In this document: positions 1 to 9,177 of the stretch, in pieces
Numbering within the stretch: the first letter of the stretch is position 1
Layout of the letters: every line of letters starts with the position of its first letter
DNA from: Candidatus Methylomirabilia bacterium
GTDB lineage: Bacteria; Methylomirabilota; Methylomirabilia; Rokubacteriales; CSP1-6
Direction of reading: 5' to 3'
Assembly: GCA_041497895.1 (NCBI GenBank)
Contig: JBGQHJ010000005.1
Span: 8,521-72,520 of the forward strand
Length of the DNA stretch: 64,000 bases
Notes under the pieces: model-generated
Database searches by the model: none
What the model was told of the DNA's origin: nothing
Seen by the model: only the letters and a program-made list of their open reading frames with translations
Made by a program: the position numbers and the translations under genes

Positions 1-2
1 AG

Positions 3-665
3 ACGATCCGCACCACCGCCGGGCACCTCCACGCGGAGTTCCGGCGGTTCGCCCCCGACGTGGAGCTCTCCACCTTCGTGTCCGCCCTCTTCTGGAGCTG
101 GCAGGAGGCCGAGCGCATTCGCGCGGAGGACCATCGCGAGGTCGGGGCGCCGGAGCGGTTCGGCATGCTCTTCGGCCGGCTCGGGCTCGACGCGGGCCGG
201 ATGCCCGCCGAGGCGCGCGACATCCTGCTCGCCACCCACATGCGGGAGCTGTCCAAGGTCGTGGAGTGCCCGCCGCACCACGTGGCGCTGCTGGGCGAGC
301 TCCGGCGGCACTATCGCCTCGCGGTGGTCTCGAACTTCGACTACTCGCCTACCTGCCTGGCCATCCTCGAGCGCGCGGGCATCGCGCCGCTCTTCGACAC
401 CATCGTGATCTCCGACGAGGTCGGCTGGCGCAAGCCCAAGCCGGTCATCTTCGAGACCGCGCTCGACCGGATGGGCGGCCTCCGGCCGGCCGAGGCTCTG
501 TTCGTGGGGGACCGGGCCGACATCGACGTGCTCGGGGCCCGGGCGGTGGGCATGCCCACCGCGTGGATCAATCGCGAGGCCCTACTCTTGCCCAAGGACA
601 TCCAGGCGCCCGACTTCGAGATCCGCGATCTCGCGGAGCTCCGGGCCATTCTCCGCATCCCGTAG
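3..665 (+). CDS. HAD-superfamily hydrolase (5'-truncated by window edge)
   Basis: Frame open from position 3; motifs VVSN, KPKPVIF and FVGD...DVLGA. Confidence 0.85.
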   Translation, partial: TIRTTAGHLHAEFRRFAPDVELSTFVSALFWSWQEAERIRAEDHREVGAPERFGMLFGRLGLDAGRMPAEARDILLATHMRELSKVVECPPHHVALLGELRRHYRLAVVSNFDYSPTCLAILERAGIAPLFDTIVISDEVGWRKPKPVIFETALDRMGGLRPAEALFVGDRADIDVLGARAVGMPTAWINREALLLPKDIQAPDFEIRDLAELRAILRIP

Positions 666-718
666 CCCTCCCGCCGCATCCAAAAGGGGCGCGAGGAGAA
701 GGCAACCAGGAGGACAAC

Positions 719-1657
719 GTGGCCACGACACGCAAGGTCGTCATCATCGGATCGGGACCGTCCGGCTATACCGCGGCCATCTACGCCGCGCGCGCCAACC
801 TGTCCCCGGTCATGTTCACCGGCATCCAGCCGGGCGGCCAGCTCATGCTGACCACCCTGGTCGAGAACTATCCGGGCTTCGTCGAGGGCATCGACGGACC
901 TCCGCTGATGGAAACGTTCCAGAAGCAGGCCGAGCGCTTCGGCACCGAGATGATCGCCGACGACGTGACCGAGATCGACTTCCACCAGCGGCCCTTCAAG
1001 ATCACCGGGGGCGACGTCACGATCGAGGCGCACACCCTCATCATCGCGACCGGCGCGTCGGCCAAGCTGCTGGGGCTGCCGAACGAGTCCAAGCTCATGG
1101 GCCGCGGGGTCTCGACCTGCGCCACCTGCGACGGGTTCTTCTTCAAGGACCAGAACATCATGGTGGTCGGGGGCGGGGACTCCGCGCTCGAGGAGGCGCT
1201 GTACCTCTCGCGGCTCGGCCGCAAGGTCGACGTGGTGCACCGCCGCGAGGCCCTGCGCGGGTCCAAGATCATGCAGGAGCGGGCGTTCAAGAACCCGAAG
1301 ATCACCTTCCTCTGGAACACGGTGGTCGACGACGTGCTGGATCCGGCCGCGGGCAAGGTGACCACCGTGAAGCTCCGGAACATCAAGACCGGCGCCGCCT
1401 CGGAGGCCCAGGTGGACGGCCTCTTCGTGGCGATCGGGCACCAGCCCAACACCGCGCTCTTCAAGGGGCAAGTCGACCTGCACTCCAACGAGTACATCAA
1501 GGTCGTGCCCGGGACTACCCAGACCTCGGTGCCCGGGGTGTTCGCGGCCGGCGACGTTGCGGACTTCACGTACCGCCAAGCGGTCACCGCCGCGGGCACC
1601 GGCTGCATGGCGGCGCTCGAGGCCGAGCGCTACCTGGAGGCGCAGGGACTCGAGTAG
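719..1657 (+). CDS. trxB: Thioredoxin-disulfide reductase
   Basis: GSGPSG FAD motif, CATC active site, GGGDSA, FAAGDV; AGGAGG RBS before GTG 719. Confidence 0.97.
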   Translation: MATTRKVVIIGSGPSGYTAAIYAARANLSPVMFTGIQPGGQLMLTTLVENYPGFVEGIDGPPLMETFQKQAERFGTEMIADDVTEIDFHQRPFKITGGDVTIEAHTLIIATGASAKLLGLPNESKLMGRGVSTCATCDGFFFKDQNIMVVGGGDSALEEALYLSRLGRKVDVVHRREALRGSKIMQERAFKNPKITFLWNTVVDDVLDPAAGKVTTVKLRNIKTGAASEAQVDGLFVAIGHQPNTALFKGQVDLHSNEYIKVVPGTTQTSVPGVFAAGDVADFTYRQAVTAAGTGCMAALEAERYLEAQGLE

Positions 1658-1694
1658 CGCCGGACGGCGGCGGGCCCGACCGGGGCCCACCGGG

Positions 1695-1991
1695 CTACTT
1701 GCCGGCCACCGCGCCCGCGACCGGCTCTGGCAGCGGTCGACCGTCCCGGGTCGACGCGCCCAGGCACTCCAGGGCCCGGTCGCGCTCGTGCAATGCCACG
1801 TAGCTGAACCGGATCCGTCCGTCCACGTCCACGCGCTCGAGCTTGACGTCGTGAAGGCCGGCCGCGCATTCCCGCCAGCGCCGGTTGGCCAGCTCCTGCT
1901 CCGGGCTGTCCCGGAAGTACTCGCAGCCCGCCCCGGCCGCCGCTAGCAGCAAGAGGAGGGCGGTCCGGGCGCGCCGCGAGGCCCGGCTCAC
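1695..1991 (-). CDS. Hypothetical lipoprotein
   Basis: Basic N-terminus, hydrophobic stretch, AGAGC lipobox-like; 4-nt overlap with mscL stop. Confidence 0.65.
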   Translation of the reverse strand: MSRASRRARTALLLLLAAAGAGCEYFRDSPEQELANRRWRECAAGLHDVKLERVDVDGRIRFSYVALHERDRALECLGASTRDGRPLPEPVAGAVAGK

Positions 1992-2413
1992 CGCCGCCGC
2001 AGCAGGTCGCGGATCTCGCCGAGCAGCCGCACGTCCTCGGGGGGCTCGGGCGGCGCGGCGGGCGCGGCCGCTTCCTGCCGCCGCATCCGGTTGATCCCCT
2101 TAAGGAGGAAGAACAGCGCGATCGCCACCGCCAGGAAGGCGATGATCGTGTTCAGGAAGAGCCCGAAGGCCAGCACCACCGCGCCAGCGTCGCGCGCCGC
2201 CTTGACCGACGTGAACGCGGCTCCGGACGGGTTGCGCAGGACCACGAAGAGATTGCTGAAGTCGGGCGTGCCGATGATCCCCGAGATCACGGGCATCAGG
2301 ACGTCGTTGACCAGCGAGGTGACCACCGTGCCGAAGGCCGCGCCGATGATGATGCCGACGGCCATGTCGACCATGTTGCCCTTGATCGCGAACTCCTTGA
2401 ACTCTTTGAGCAT
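1988..2413 (-). CDS. mscL: Large-conductance mechanosensitive channel
   Basis: MLKEFKEFAIKGNMVDMAVGIIIG and LLGEIRDLL signatures. Confidence 0.97.
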   Translation of the reverse strand: MLKEFKEFAIKGNMVDMAVGIIIGAAFGTVVTSLVNDVLMPVISGIIGTPDFSNLFVVLRNPSGAAFTSVKAARDAGAVVLAFGLFLNTIIAFLAVAIALFFLLKGINRMRRQEAAAPAAPPEPPEDVRLLGEIRDLLRRR

Positions 2414-2437
2414 GGCGTTGCCCCCTCCTCCGAGGGC

Positions 2438-3217
2438 CTAGTTGCCGACCCGGACCGCGGAGCCGAGCTCGCGCAGCATCGCGATCGCGGACAGGTACGA
2501 GAGACGGCCGGTCCGCGGGTTCTCCGAGGGCACGTTCTCCACCTCGATGCGGAGGGTGCCGAACTCCCCCTCCACCGTGATGCGGTGCTGGTTCCGGGCC
2601 TGGTCCGGCACCGCGTAGATCTTGATCCGGGTGCGCTCGGGGCCGATGCCGGCCAGCGACAGCGCCGCCACCACGTTGACGTTGGCCGGGAAGCCGCGCA
2701 CCGCCTCGGTCGCCGGGCCCTCGAAGATGAGCGTCTCGGTGGTGATGCGGTCGAGATCGATGTGCTGCTGCAGGACGTAGGGCGCGCCCGCGAGGCCGCG
2801 CGGCGGCTTGCGGGTCTCCATGGTCACCCCGGTGATCGCGCCCTCGCGCGCGCCCTTGACCCCGTCGAGGCCGGCGATCGCGCCCGACGGCACCAGGATG
2901 CGGCAGCCGTGCTTCTCGGCCAGGGCGGCCCAGCCGTCCAGCACGCCCACCAGCGCGCCGACCGAGAGCACCATCAGGTGCTTGCCGGCCGAGAGCACCG
3001 CGGGGCCGAACTCGCGGAGCGCGGCCTGGGTGGCCGCCTCGACGATCAGGTCGGCCCGCTCGATGAGCTCGTCGAGCGGCAGCACCGGATAGCCGGCCGC
3101 GGTGGCCGGCTCGCGCACGCTCACGCCCACCAGCGTGGTGCCGGCGATGTCGCGTGTCACCGCGTCCGCGACGCGCCGCCCGATCACGCCCATCCCCACG
3201 ATCCCGACCTTGAGCAT
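2438..3217 (-). CDS. nadX: L-aspartate dehydrogenase
   Basis: GMGVIG Rossmann motif, VEAA, SGAIAGLD, FPANVNV, NPRT. Confidence 0.92.
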   Translation of the reverse strand: MLKVGIVGMGVIGRRVADAVTRDIAGTTLVGVSVREPATAAGYPVLPLDELIERADLIVEAATQAALREFGPAVLSAGKHLMVLSVGALVGVLDGWAALAEKHGCRILVPSGAIAGLDGVKGAREGAITGVTMETRKPPRGLAGAPYVLQQHIDLDRITTETLIFEGPATEAVRGFPANVNVVAALSLAGIGPERTRIKIYAVPDQARNQHRITVEGEFGTLRIEVENVPSENPRTGRLSYLSAIAMLRELGSAVRVGN

Positions 3218-3317
3218 CGAGTGGCCCCTTCCGCCGCCGCCGCACCCGCGCGGCGGGGCGATGATAGCAGCGCCCGCCGGGGTGGGACAAGGGACCGTGC
3301 TAGAATCAGCCGCGAAG

Positions 3318-4199
3318 ATGACCGCAACGCCCCCGCTCCAGGAGCCGCTCGAGCGGCTCTACCGCGAGTTCGACTGGGCCGCCCGTGCCGACCTGGACGC
3401 GATCCGCTTCCCCCTCCGCTATCCCGAGCCGGCCGATCGCGAGGTCGTCGCGCTGCTGGCCTCGTGCATGGCCTACGGCCGCGTGGATCTCTTCGCGCCG
3501 TGGATCGACTGGGCGCTCGCGCGCATGGGCGATTCGCCCGCGCGCTTCGTGCTGGGCTTCGACCCGGCCAAGCACGCCGCGCGCTTCGCGGACTTCCGCT
3601 ACCGGTTCAACCGGCCGCGCGATCTCGCCGCCTTCTGCCTCGCCACCCAGCGGGTCCTGATCCGCCACGGCTCGCTCGGCGCCTGCTTCCGCGCCGGCTT
3701 CTCCTCCGGCGCCGTCCACGTGGGCGCGGCGCTCGAGGGCTTCGTCGACGCCTTCCTGACCCAGGACCTCTCCGCGGTCTTCCCGCGCAACCGGCTCTCG
3801 TACGGCTACCGGCACTGGTTCCCGCGCCCCTCGACCGGCGGCGCGTGCAAGCGGATGCTGCTCTTCCTCCGGTGGATGGTCCGCCGGGAGGCCCCGGACT
3901 TCGGCCTCTGGACCGATATCCCGCCGTCGGCGCTCCTGATCCCGGTGGACACCCACATCGAGAACATGGCCCGCTCGCTCGGCCTCACCCGCCGCCGCAG
4001 CCGGAACTGGAAGATGTCCGAGGAGATCACGAGCGGGCTGCGCCGGCTCGATCCGGTCGATCCGGTGAAGTACGACTTCTCGCTCTGCCACACCCGGATG
4101 TCCGGCCAGTGCCTGGATCGGCGGGACGCGGTGGTGTGCGCCCCGTGCCGGCTGCGGCCGGTGTGCCGCCACTGGCGTGGGCGGCGAGCGCGCCCGTGA
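3318..4199 (+). CDS. TIGR02757-family (HhH-GPD-like) protein with C-terminal Cys cluster
   Basis: AYGRV, ACKRMLLFLRWMVR, IPVDTH, DPVKYDFSLCH. Confidence 0.85.
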   Translation: MTATPPLQEPLERLYREFDWAARADLDAIRFPLRYPEPADREVVALLASCMAYGRVDLFAPWIDWALARMGDSPARFVLGFDPAKHAARFADFRYRFNRPRDLAAFCLATQRVLIRHGSLGACFRAGFSSGAVHVGAALEGFVDAFLTQDLSAVFPRNRLSYGYRHWFPRPSTGGACKRMLLFLRWMVRREAPDFGLWTDIPPSALLIPVDTHIENMARSLGLTRRRSRNWKMSEEITSGLRRLDPVDPVKYDFSLCHTRMSGQCLDRRDAVVCAPCRLRPVCRHWRGRRARP

Positions 4200-5299
4200 C
4201 CGCCGTCTGGGCGTGGGTGGTGGTGGCCGCCCTCGGGCTGCTGCTCGGCCTCACCGCGTGGGCCCTCTGGCGCGCGGTGGCGCGGCTCGGCGCGCTGGAG
4301 GCGGCCCGCCAGCAGCCGGATCAGGCACTGCTGCTGTTGCAGCGAGACATCCAGACCGCGCGGGCCGAGGCCCACCAGGCGCGGAGCGAGACGCTCGCCA
4401 CCGTGAAGGACGAGCTCCACCAGTTCGCCAGCCACATGACCCAGCAGATGGGACAGGTGGGCAGCGGCGTCCAGCAGCAGCTCCAGCACGTGGGCCAGGT
4501 GGTCGGCGCGGTGCAGGGCAGCCTCGGCAAGCTCGGCGAGGTGACCCAGCGTGTCTTCGACGTGGGGCGCGACATCGCGGGCCTCGAGCAGTTGCTCAAG
4601 TCGCCCAAGATCCGCGGTGGGGTGGGGGAGACCCTGCTCGAGAATCTCCTCGCCCAGATGCTCCCCCGGGAGCAGTACGCGCTCCAGCACGCGTTCGCCA
4701 CCGGCGACCGGGTCGACGCGGCCATCCGCATCGGCGAGCGGATCGTCCCGGTCGACGCGAAGTTCCCCCTGGAGAACTTCCGGCGCGTGCTCGAGGAGAC
4801 CGACGAGGACAAGCGCGGCCCGCTGCGGCGCGCGTTCCTGCGCGACGTCAAGAACCGGGTCGACGAGATCGCCAAGAAGTACATCCTCCCGGACGAGGGC
4901 ACCTTCGACTTCGCCCTCATGTACATCCCGGCCGAGAACATCTACTACGAGATCATCGTCCGGGACGAGAGCGAGGAGGACTCGCCCGCCACCTACGCGC
5001 TGGCCCGCCGGGTGGTGCCGGTCTCGCCCAACACGTTCTACGCCTACCTGCGGGTCATCGTGCTGGGGCTGCGTGGGCTCCGCATCGAGCGGGACGCCCA
5101 GGAGATCCAGGCCCGGCTCGGCCGGCTGCGCGGGGACCTCGACAAGTTCCGGGAAGCGTTCGACGTGGTGGGCCGGCACCTCACCAACGCCCGCAACAAG
5201 TACGACGACGCCGCGGCCGGCCTGGGCCGGCTCGAGGGCAAGCTCGAAGGTATCGAGCGCCACGGCGAGCAGGGGGCCCTGCCCGGCATCGCCCCCTGA
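4196..5299 (+). CDS. rmuC: DNA recombination protein RmuC
   Basis: N-terminal TM, coiled coil, RGGVGE, VDAKFP, FALMYIPAE, VSPNT; GTGA overlap. Confidence 0.92.
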   Translation: MTAVWAWVVVAALGLLLGLTAWALWRAVARLGALEAARQQPDQALLLLQRDIQTARAEAHQARSETLATVKDELHQFASHMTQQMGQVGSGVQQQLQHVGQVVGAVQGSLGKLGEVTQRVFDVGRDIAGLEQLLKSPKIRGGVGETLLENLLAQMLPREQYALQHAFATGDRVDAAIRIGERIVPVDAKFPLENFRRVLEETDEDKRGPLRRAFLRDVKNRVDEIAKKYILPDEGTFDFALMYIPAENIYYEIIVRDESEEDSPATYALARRVVPVSPNTFYAYLRVIVLGLRGLRIERDAQEIQARLGRLRGDLDKFREAFDVVGRHLTNARNKYDDAAAGLGRLEGKLEGIERHGEQGALPGIAP

Positions 5300-5361
5300 C
5301 CCCCGGATTCGGGAACCAGCGGTTGTGGTATGATCGGGGAAATCCACCATCAGAGGGTCCC

Positions 5362-5664
5362 ATGCCCGACATTCAGTTCCAGGTCTACGGCATCAACCTC
5401 CTCGTCCGGCTGATGGCCGAGCCCCCTGCGGACGTGCGGGTGCATTGTCCGAAGGGCTCGCCGATTCGCTACGGTGAGGTGGTGGGCCGTGGCGACGGCT
5501 TCGACGAGGGGGCCAATGCCTTCCGCGACATGCCGCCGCTGCGCTCGGTGGTCGCCTTCGAGGAGAACCCCGAGGAGGTGGAGGGCCACTACTTCTACAT
5601 CTCGGGCGAGGAGCACCGCGTCATCCGGCTCGACGCGATCATCCTCTCCTTCCCGCTCGAATAG
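5362..5664 (+). CDS. Hypothetical 100-aa protein, divergent GroES/Cpn10-like
   Basis: GAGGG RBS, ATG 5362, typical codon bias; resembles GroES by eye (see findings). Confidence 0.75.
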   Translation: MPDIQFQVYGINLLVRLMAEPPADVRVHCPKGSPIRYGEVVGRGDGFDEGANAFRDMPPLRSVVAFEENPEEVEGHYFYISGEEHRVIRLDAIILSFPLE

Positions 5665-5676
5665 CCCGCTCCCGCT

Positions 5677-6909
5677 GTGACCCCGCTGTCGCAGGTCCTC
5701 CGCAAGATCGACGCGGACGAGGTGATCGAGCTCACCCGATCGCTCGTCCGGATCCCCAGCGTGTACCGTCCCGGCGACCCCGAGGCCACCGAGGCCCGGG
5801 TCGCGGCCTTCGTGGAGGCGTGGCTCCGCCGCGAGGGCTTCGACGTCCTGATCCAGCCGGTCGCTCCCGGGCGTCCCAACGTCATCGGCTCCCTCGGCGA
5901 GAAGCGGCCCGGGCAGAAGAGCCTGCTCCTCGAGGGCCACACCGATGTGGTGACCGAGGGCGATCCGGTGGAGTGGTCGCACCCGCCGTTCGGGGCCGAT
6001 CTCGTCGACGGCCGCATCTACGGGCGCGGCACCGCCGACATGAAGAGCGGCCTGGCCGCCGCCATGGTGGCCGCGGCGGCCTTCAAGCGGGCCGGGGTGG
6101 CGCTCCGGGGCAAGCTCGTGGTCGGGGCGCTGGTCGACGAGGAGGACGGCATGATCGGGGTCCGCCACCTCTGCACCACCGTGGTCGGCCGCGAGCTGGA
6201 CGCCGCCATCATCTGCGAGCCGGAGGACAACGAGCTCTGCCTCGAGCAGCGCGGCGTCGTGTGGGCGCGCTTCCGGGTCCGCGGCAAGATGGCCCACGGC
6301 GCCATGCCCGAGGCGGGCATCAACCCCATCGCGTGCCTCGGCCGCCTGCTCGCCGCCGCGCCCGGGCTCGAGCGGCGGCTGCGGAAGGCCTGCGAGAAGA
6401 GCCGCTACCTGAGACCGCCCACGGTCACGCCGACCATCATCCAGGGCCCGCCGCCCCGGATCGGCGTCCCGCAATCCAACGTGATCCCAGCGGTGGCCGA
6501 GACCACGTTCGACATCCGCCTGACTCCCGGGATCGACGACGACGGCATCCGCGCCGAGCTGGAGGCGATCTGCCGCGAGGCCGCGGCCGGCCAGCCCGGG
6601 ATCAAGGTGGAGTGGGAGCCGGTCAACGCCTTCCGGCTCGCCACGAAGGTCGATCGCTCCGAGGCCCTGGTCGAGGCGATGGTCCGCGGCGTGAAGCAGG
6701 CGGCCCGTCGCGCGCCACGGTACGGCGGGGTCCCCGGCTCGACCGACGGCACCATCCTCCGGATGCAGCTCGGCATCCCGATCGTCACCTGTGGGCCCGG
6801 CGACCGCTTGATCCCGCACCAGGTCGACGAGTGGGTCGCGGCCGATCAGATCGTGGAGGCCGCGAAGATTTACGTCGCGTCAGTTCTGAACTACCTCGAA
6901 GCCGAGTGA
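5677..6909 (+). CDS. M20-family metallopeptidase/deacylase (ArgE/DapE-like)
   Basis: GHTDVV, GRGTADMKSG, DEE, CEP, C-terminal H(QVDE). Confidence 0.92.
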   Translation: MTPLSQVLRKIDADEVIELTRSLVRIPSVYRPGDPEATEARVAAFVEAWLRREGFDVLIQPVAPGRPNVIGSLGEKRPGQKSLLLEGHTDVVTEGDPVEWSHPPFGADLVDGRIYGRGTADMKSGLAAAMVAAAAFKRAGVALRGKLVVGALVDEEDGMIGVRHLCTTVVGRELDAAIICEPEDNELCLEQRGVVWARFRVRGKMAHGAMPEAGINPIACLGRLLAAAPGLERRLRKACEKSRYLRPPTVTPTIIQGPPPRIGVPQSNVIPAVAETTFDIRLTPGIDDDGIRAELEAICREAAAGQPGIKVEWEPVNAFRLATKVDRSEALVEAMVRGVKQAARRAPRYGGVPGSTDGTILRMQLGIPIVTCGPGDRLIPHQVDEWVAADQIVEAAKIYVASVLNYLEAE

Positions 6910-8141
6910 TCCGCGCCGGCAATCCACGCCTGCGGGCGGTCGAGGCCTTTCCGGTCGAGCACGAAGGGCAGCGCTGCATCGCGCTGCGGGATCCCGCCGG
7001 CTTCACCGACCAGATCGCGGTGCTGCCCGGCCCGCTGCTCGACCTGGTCTCCCTCTTCGATGGCGAGCACCCGATCGAGGAGATCCGCGACGTCCTGCGG
7101 CGCCGCCACGGCGAGGCGCCCTCGGTCGAGCAGATCGCCACGCTGGTCGAGCAGCTCGACGACGCGGGCTTCCTCGAGAGCGAGCGGTTCGCGGCGCGCC
7201 GCCGGGCGACCGAGGACGCGTTCCGGCGGAGCCCGGTACGCCCGGCCGCCCATGCGGGCGGCGCCTATGCCGGCGACGCCGACGCGCTGCGCGCCCAGAT
7301 CGCCGGCTTCTTCGCTCACGCCGACGGTCCGAGATCGCCCACCGCCGCGCCGGGGCCACGGCCGGGCACCCTCTCGGCCCTGATCGCTCCCCACATCGAT
7401 TTCCACCGCGGGGGGCCGACTTACGCATGGGCCTATCAGGAGGTGCTCGAGCGGTCCGACGCGGACCTGTTCGTCATCCTGGGCACCTGTCATGCCGGGA
7501 TGGCCGACCCGTTTGCGGTCACGCTCAAGCCGTACGACACGCCGCTCGGACCCGTGGCGGTGGACCGCGACTTCTACGACGCGCTCGGCCGGCGGGCGGG
7601 CCAGGACCTCCTGGCCTCCGAGCCCGCGCATCGTGCGGAGCATTCCATCGAGTTCCAGGCGGTGATGCTCCAGTCCCTCCTGGCCGGGCGCCGTGCGTTC
7701 ACCATCCTACCCGTGCTCGCCTCGTACCTGCACGAGGCGGTGTGGGCCGGCACCGAGCCCGAGGGCGACCGGCGCGTGCCGCGCTTCCTCGACGCGCTCC
7801 GCGAGACGATCGCCGCCTCGACCCGGCGCGTGTGCCTGGTGGCCGGCGTGGACCTCGCGCACGTCGGCCCGCGATTCGGTGATCCCGATCAAAACACGGA
7901 AGCGTCGCTGGCCGCGGTCGAGCGCGCGGACCGGACGATGCTCGAGTCGGTGGTGGCCGGGGACGCGCGCGGCTTCTTCGCCCAGGTGGCGGCCGACCAG
8001 GACGCCCGCCGCATCTGCGGGCTCTCGCCGATCTACTCGCTGCTCCGGCTCCTGCCGACGGGGCCGGGCCGGCTGCTGCAGTATCGCCAGTGGCCCGATC
8101 CCGAGGGGGCGGTGACCTTCTGCGCGGTCGGCTTCCCGTGA
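6906..8141 (+). CDS. AmmeMemoRadiSam protein B (Memo-like) with N-terminal extension
   Basis: RPAAHAGGAY, APHID, GTCH, EHSIEFQ, DLAHVG, ICG. Confidence 0.88.
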   Translation: MIRAGNPRLRAVEAFPVEHEGQRCIALRDPAGFTDQIAVLPGPLLDLVSLFDGEHPIEEIRDVLRRRHGEAPSVEQIATLVEQLDDAGFLESERFAARRRATEDAFRRSPVRPAAHAGGAYAGDADALRAQIAGFFAHADGPRSPTAAPGPRPGTLSALIAPHIDFHRGGPTYAWAYQEVLERSDADLFVILGTCHAGMADPFAVTLKPYDTPLGPVAVDRDFYDALGRRAGQDLLASEPAHRAEHSIEFQAVMLQSLLAGRRAFTILPVLASYLHEAVWAGTEPEGDRRVPRFLDALRETIAASTRRVCLVAGVDLAHVGPRFGDPDQNTEASLAAVERADRTMLESVVAGDARGFFAQVAADQDARRICGLSPIYSLLRLLPTGPGRLLQYRQWPDPEGAVTFCAVGFP

Positions 8142-8605
8142 CGTCTCCGCCCGTCCCCGACCCGTCGACCTGGACGCTGCCGCGCCTGCGCATCGACCAC
8201 GAGGGCGCGTGGTTCCACGACGATACGGAGGTGACCCACGCCGGAATCCTGGCCAACCTGCGCGAGAATCTGCAGGTCGACGATCGGGGCCACTATCTCC
8301 AGATCGGGCCCGTGCGCGTGCCGGTCGAGGTGGAGGACGCCCCGTTCGTGATCGTGCGGGTGGAGCGCCAGGGCGACGGCCTGGTGGCCACCCGCAACGA
8401 TCTCGGTCGCGAGCCGCTCGCGGTCGAGACGCTCGTGGTGGACGAGCGGGGCATCCCGCACTGTCGCGTGAAGGACGGGCACTTCACCGGGCGCCTCGAC
8501 CGCGCCGCGACCTACCAGCTCCTGCAGCACGTCGAGCCCGGGGACGGAGCGCGGCCGGCGGCCCTGGTCCTGGGCGGCCGGCGCTGGCCGGTGCGGGGTC
8601 TCTAG
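8138..8605 (+). CDS. DUF1285-like hypothetical protein
   Basis: LRIDHEGAWFH...VEVEDAPF pattern; GTGA overlap. Confidence 0.7.
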   Translation: MTSPPVPDPSTWTLPRLRIDHEGAWFHDDTEVTHAGILANLRENLQVDDRGHYLQIGPVRVPVEVEDAPFVIVRVERQGDGLVATRNDLGREPLAVETLVVDERGIPHCRVKDGHFTGRLDRAATYQLLQHVEPGDGARPAALVLGGRRWPVRGL

Positions 8606-9177
8606 CGCGCCTCGTCCGGGTCGGGCGGGAAGGCGGAGAGCGCGCGCAGGCCCGCCTCGTCGCCGGCCCGGATCAGCCGGTGCAGCGGTCCCTCCTGGCG
8701 CCAGGCCTGGCAGGTGTTGACGAACCACGGATCCGTCGCGGTCGGACGCGGCGGCTCCGGGAAGGCCGCTCCGGCGCCCTGTCGCACCGCGGGGGCCATC
8801 GCGTGGATCAGCGCGGTGAAGTGGGCGCAGCCGCGCTGCCGCCCGAAGCGCTCGTTGACCTCGCGGGTGAATCCCCGCGCGATCGAGAGACCGACCAGCT
8901 GGCCGAGCGGCGGCAGCGCCTCCGGGCAGATGGTGTAGGGATGCGACGCCATCTCGCTCCGCACCGCGGTGATCACGAGGTCCGGGTGGCGAACGCGGAG
9001 GCCGAGCCGCATGTCGTGGATCACCGGCGGCGGGGTGGCCCCGAACCACTCGGGGTTGTCACCGGGCCGCTCGTCGACCAGGGTCGCGGTGACGTCGAGC
9101 TCGTGCGGGCCGGCCGGCGCGACCTCGACGCGAATCGTGCGAACGTGCACCGGCCGGGACGTCTGGGCATCGCTCAT
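8602..9177 (-). CDS. DUF2889-like protein
   Basis: HVRTI, IHDM, PYTIC, GCAH, NTC pattern; ATG 9177 overlaps upstream stop. Confidence 0.8.
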   Translation of the reverse strand: MSDAQTSRPVHVRTIRVEVAPAGPHELDVTATLVDERPGDNPEWFGATPPPVIHDMRLGLRVRHPDLVITAVRSEMASHPYTICPEALPPLGQLVGLSIARGFTREVNERFGRQRGCAHFTALIHAMAPAVRQGAGAAFPEPPRPTATDPWFVNTCQAWRQEGPLHRLIRAGDEAGLRALSAFPPDPDEAR

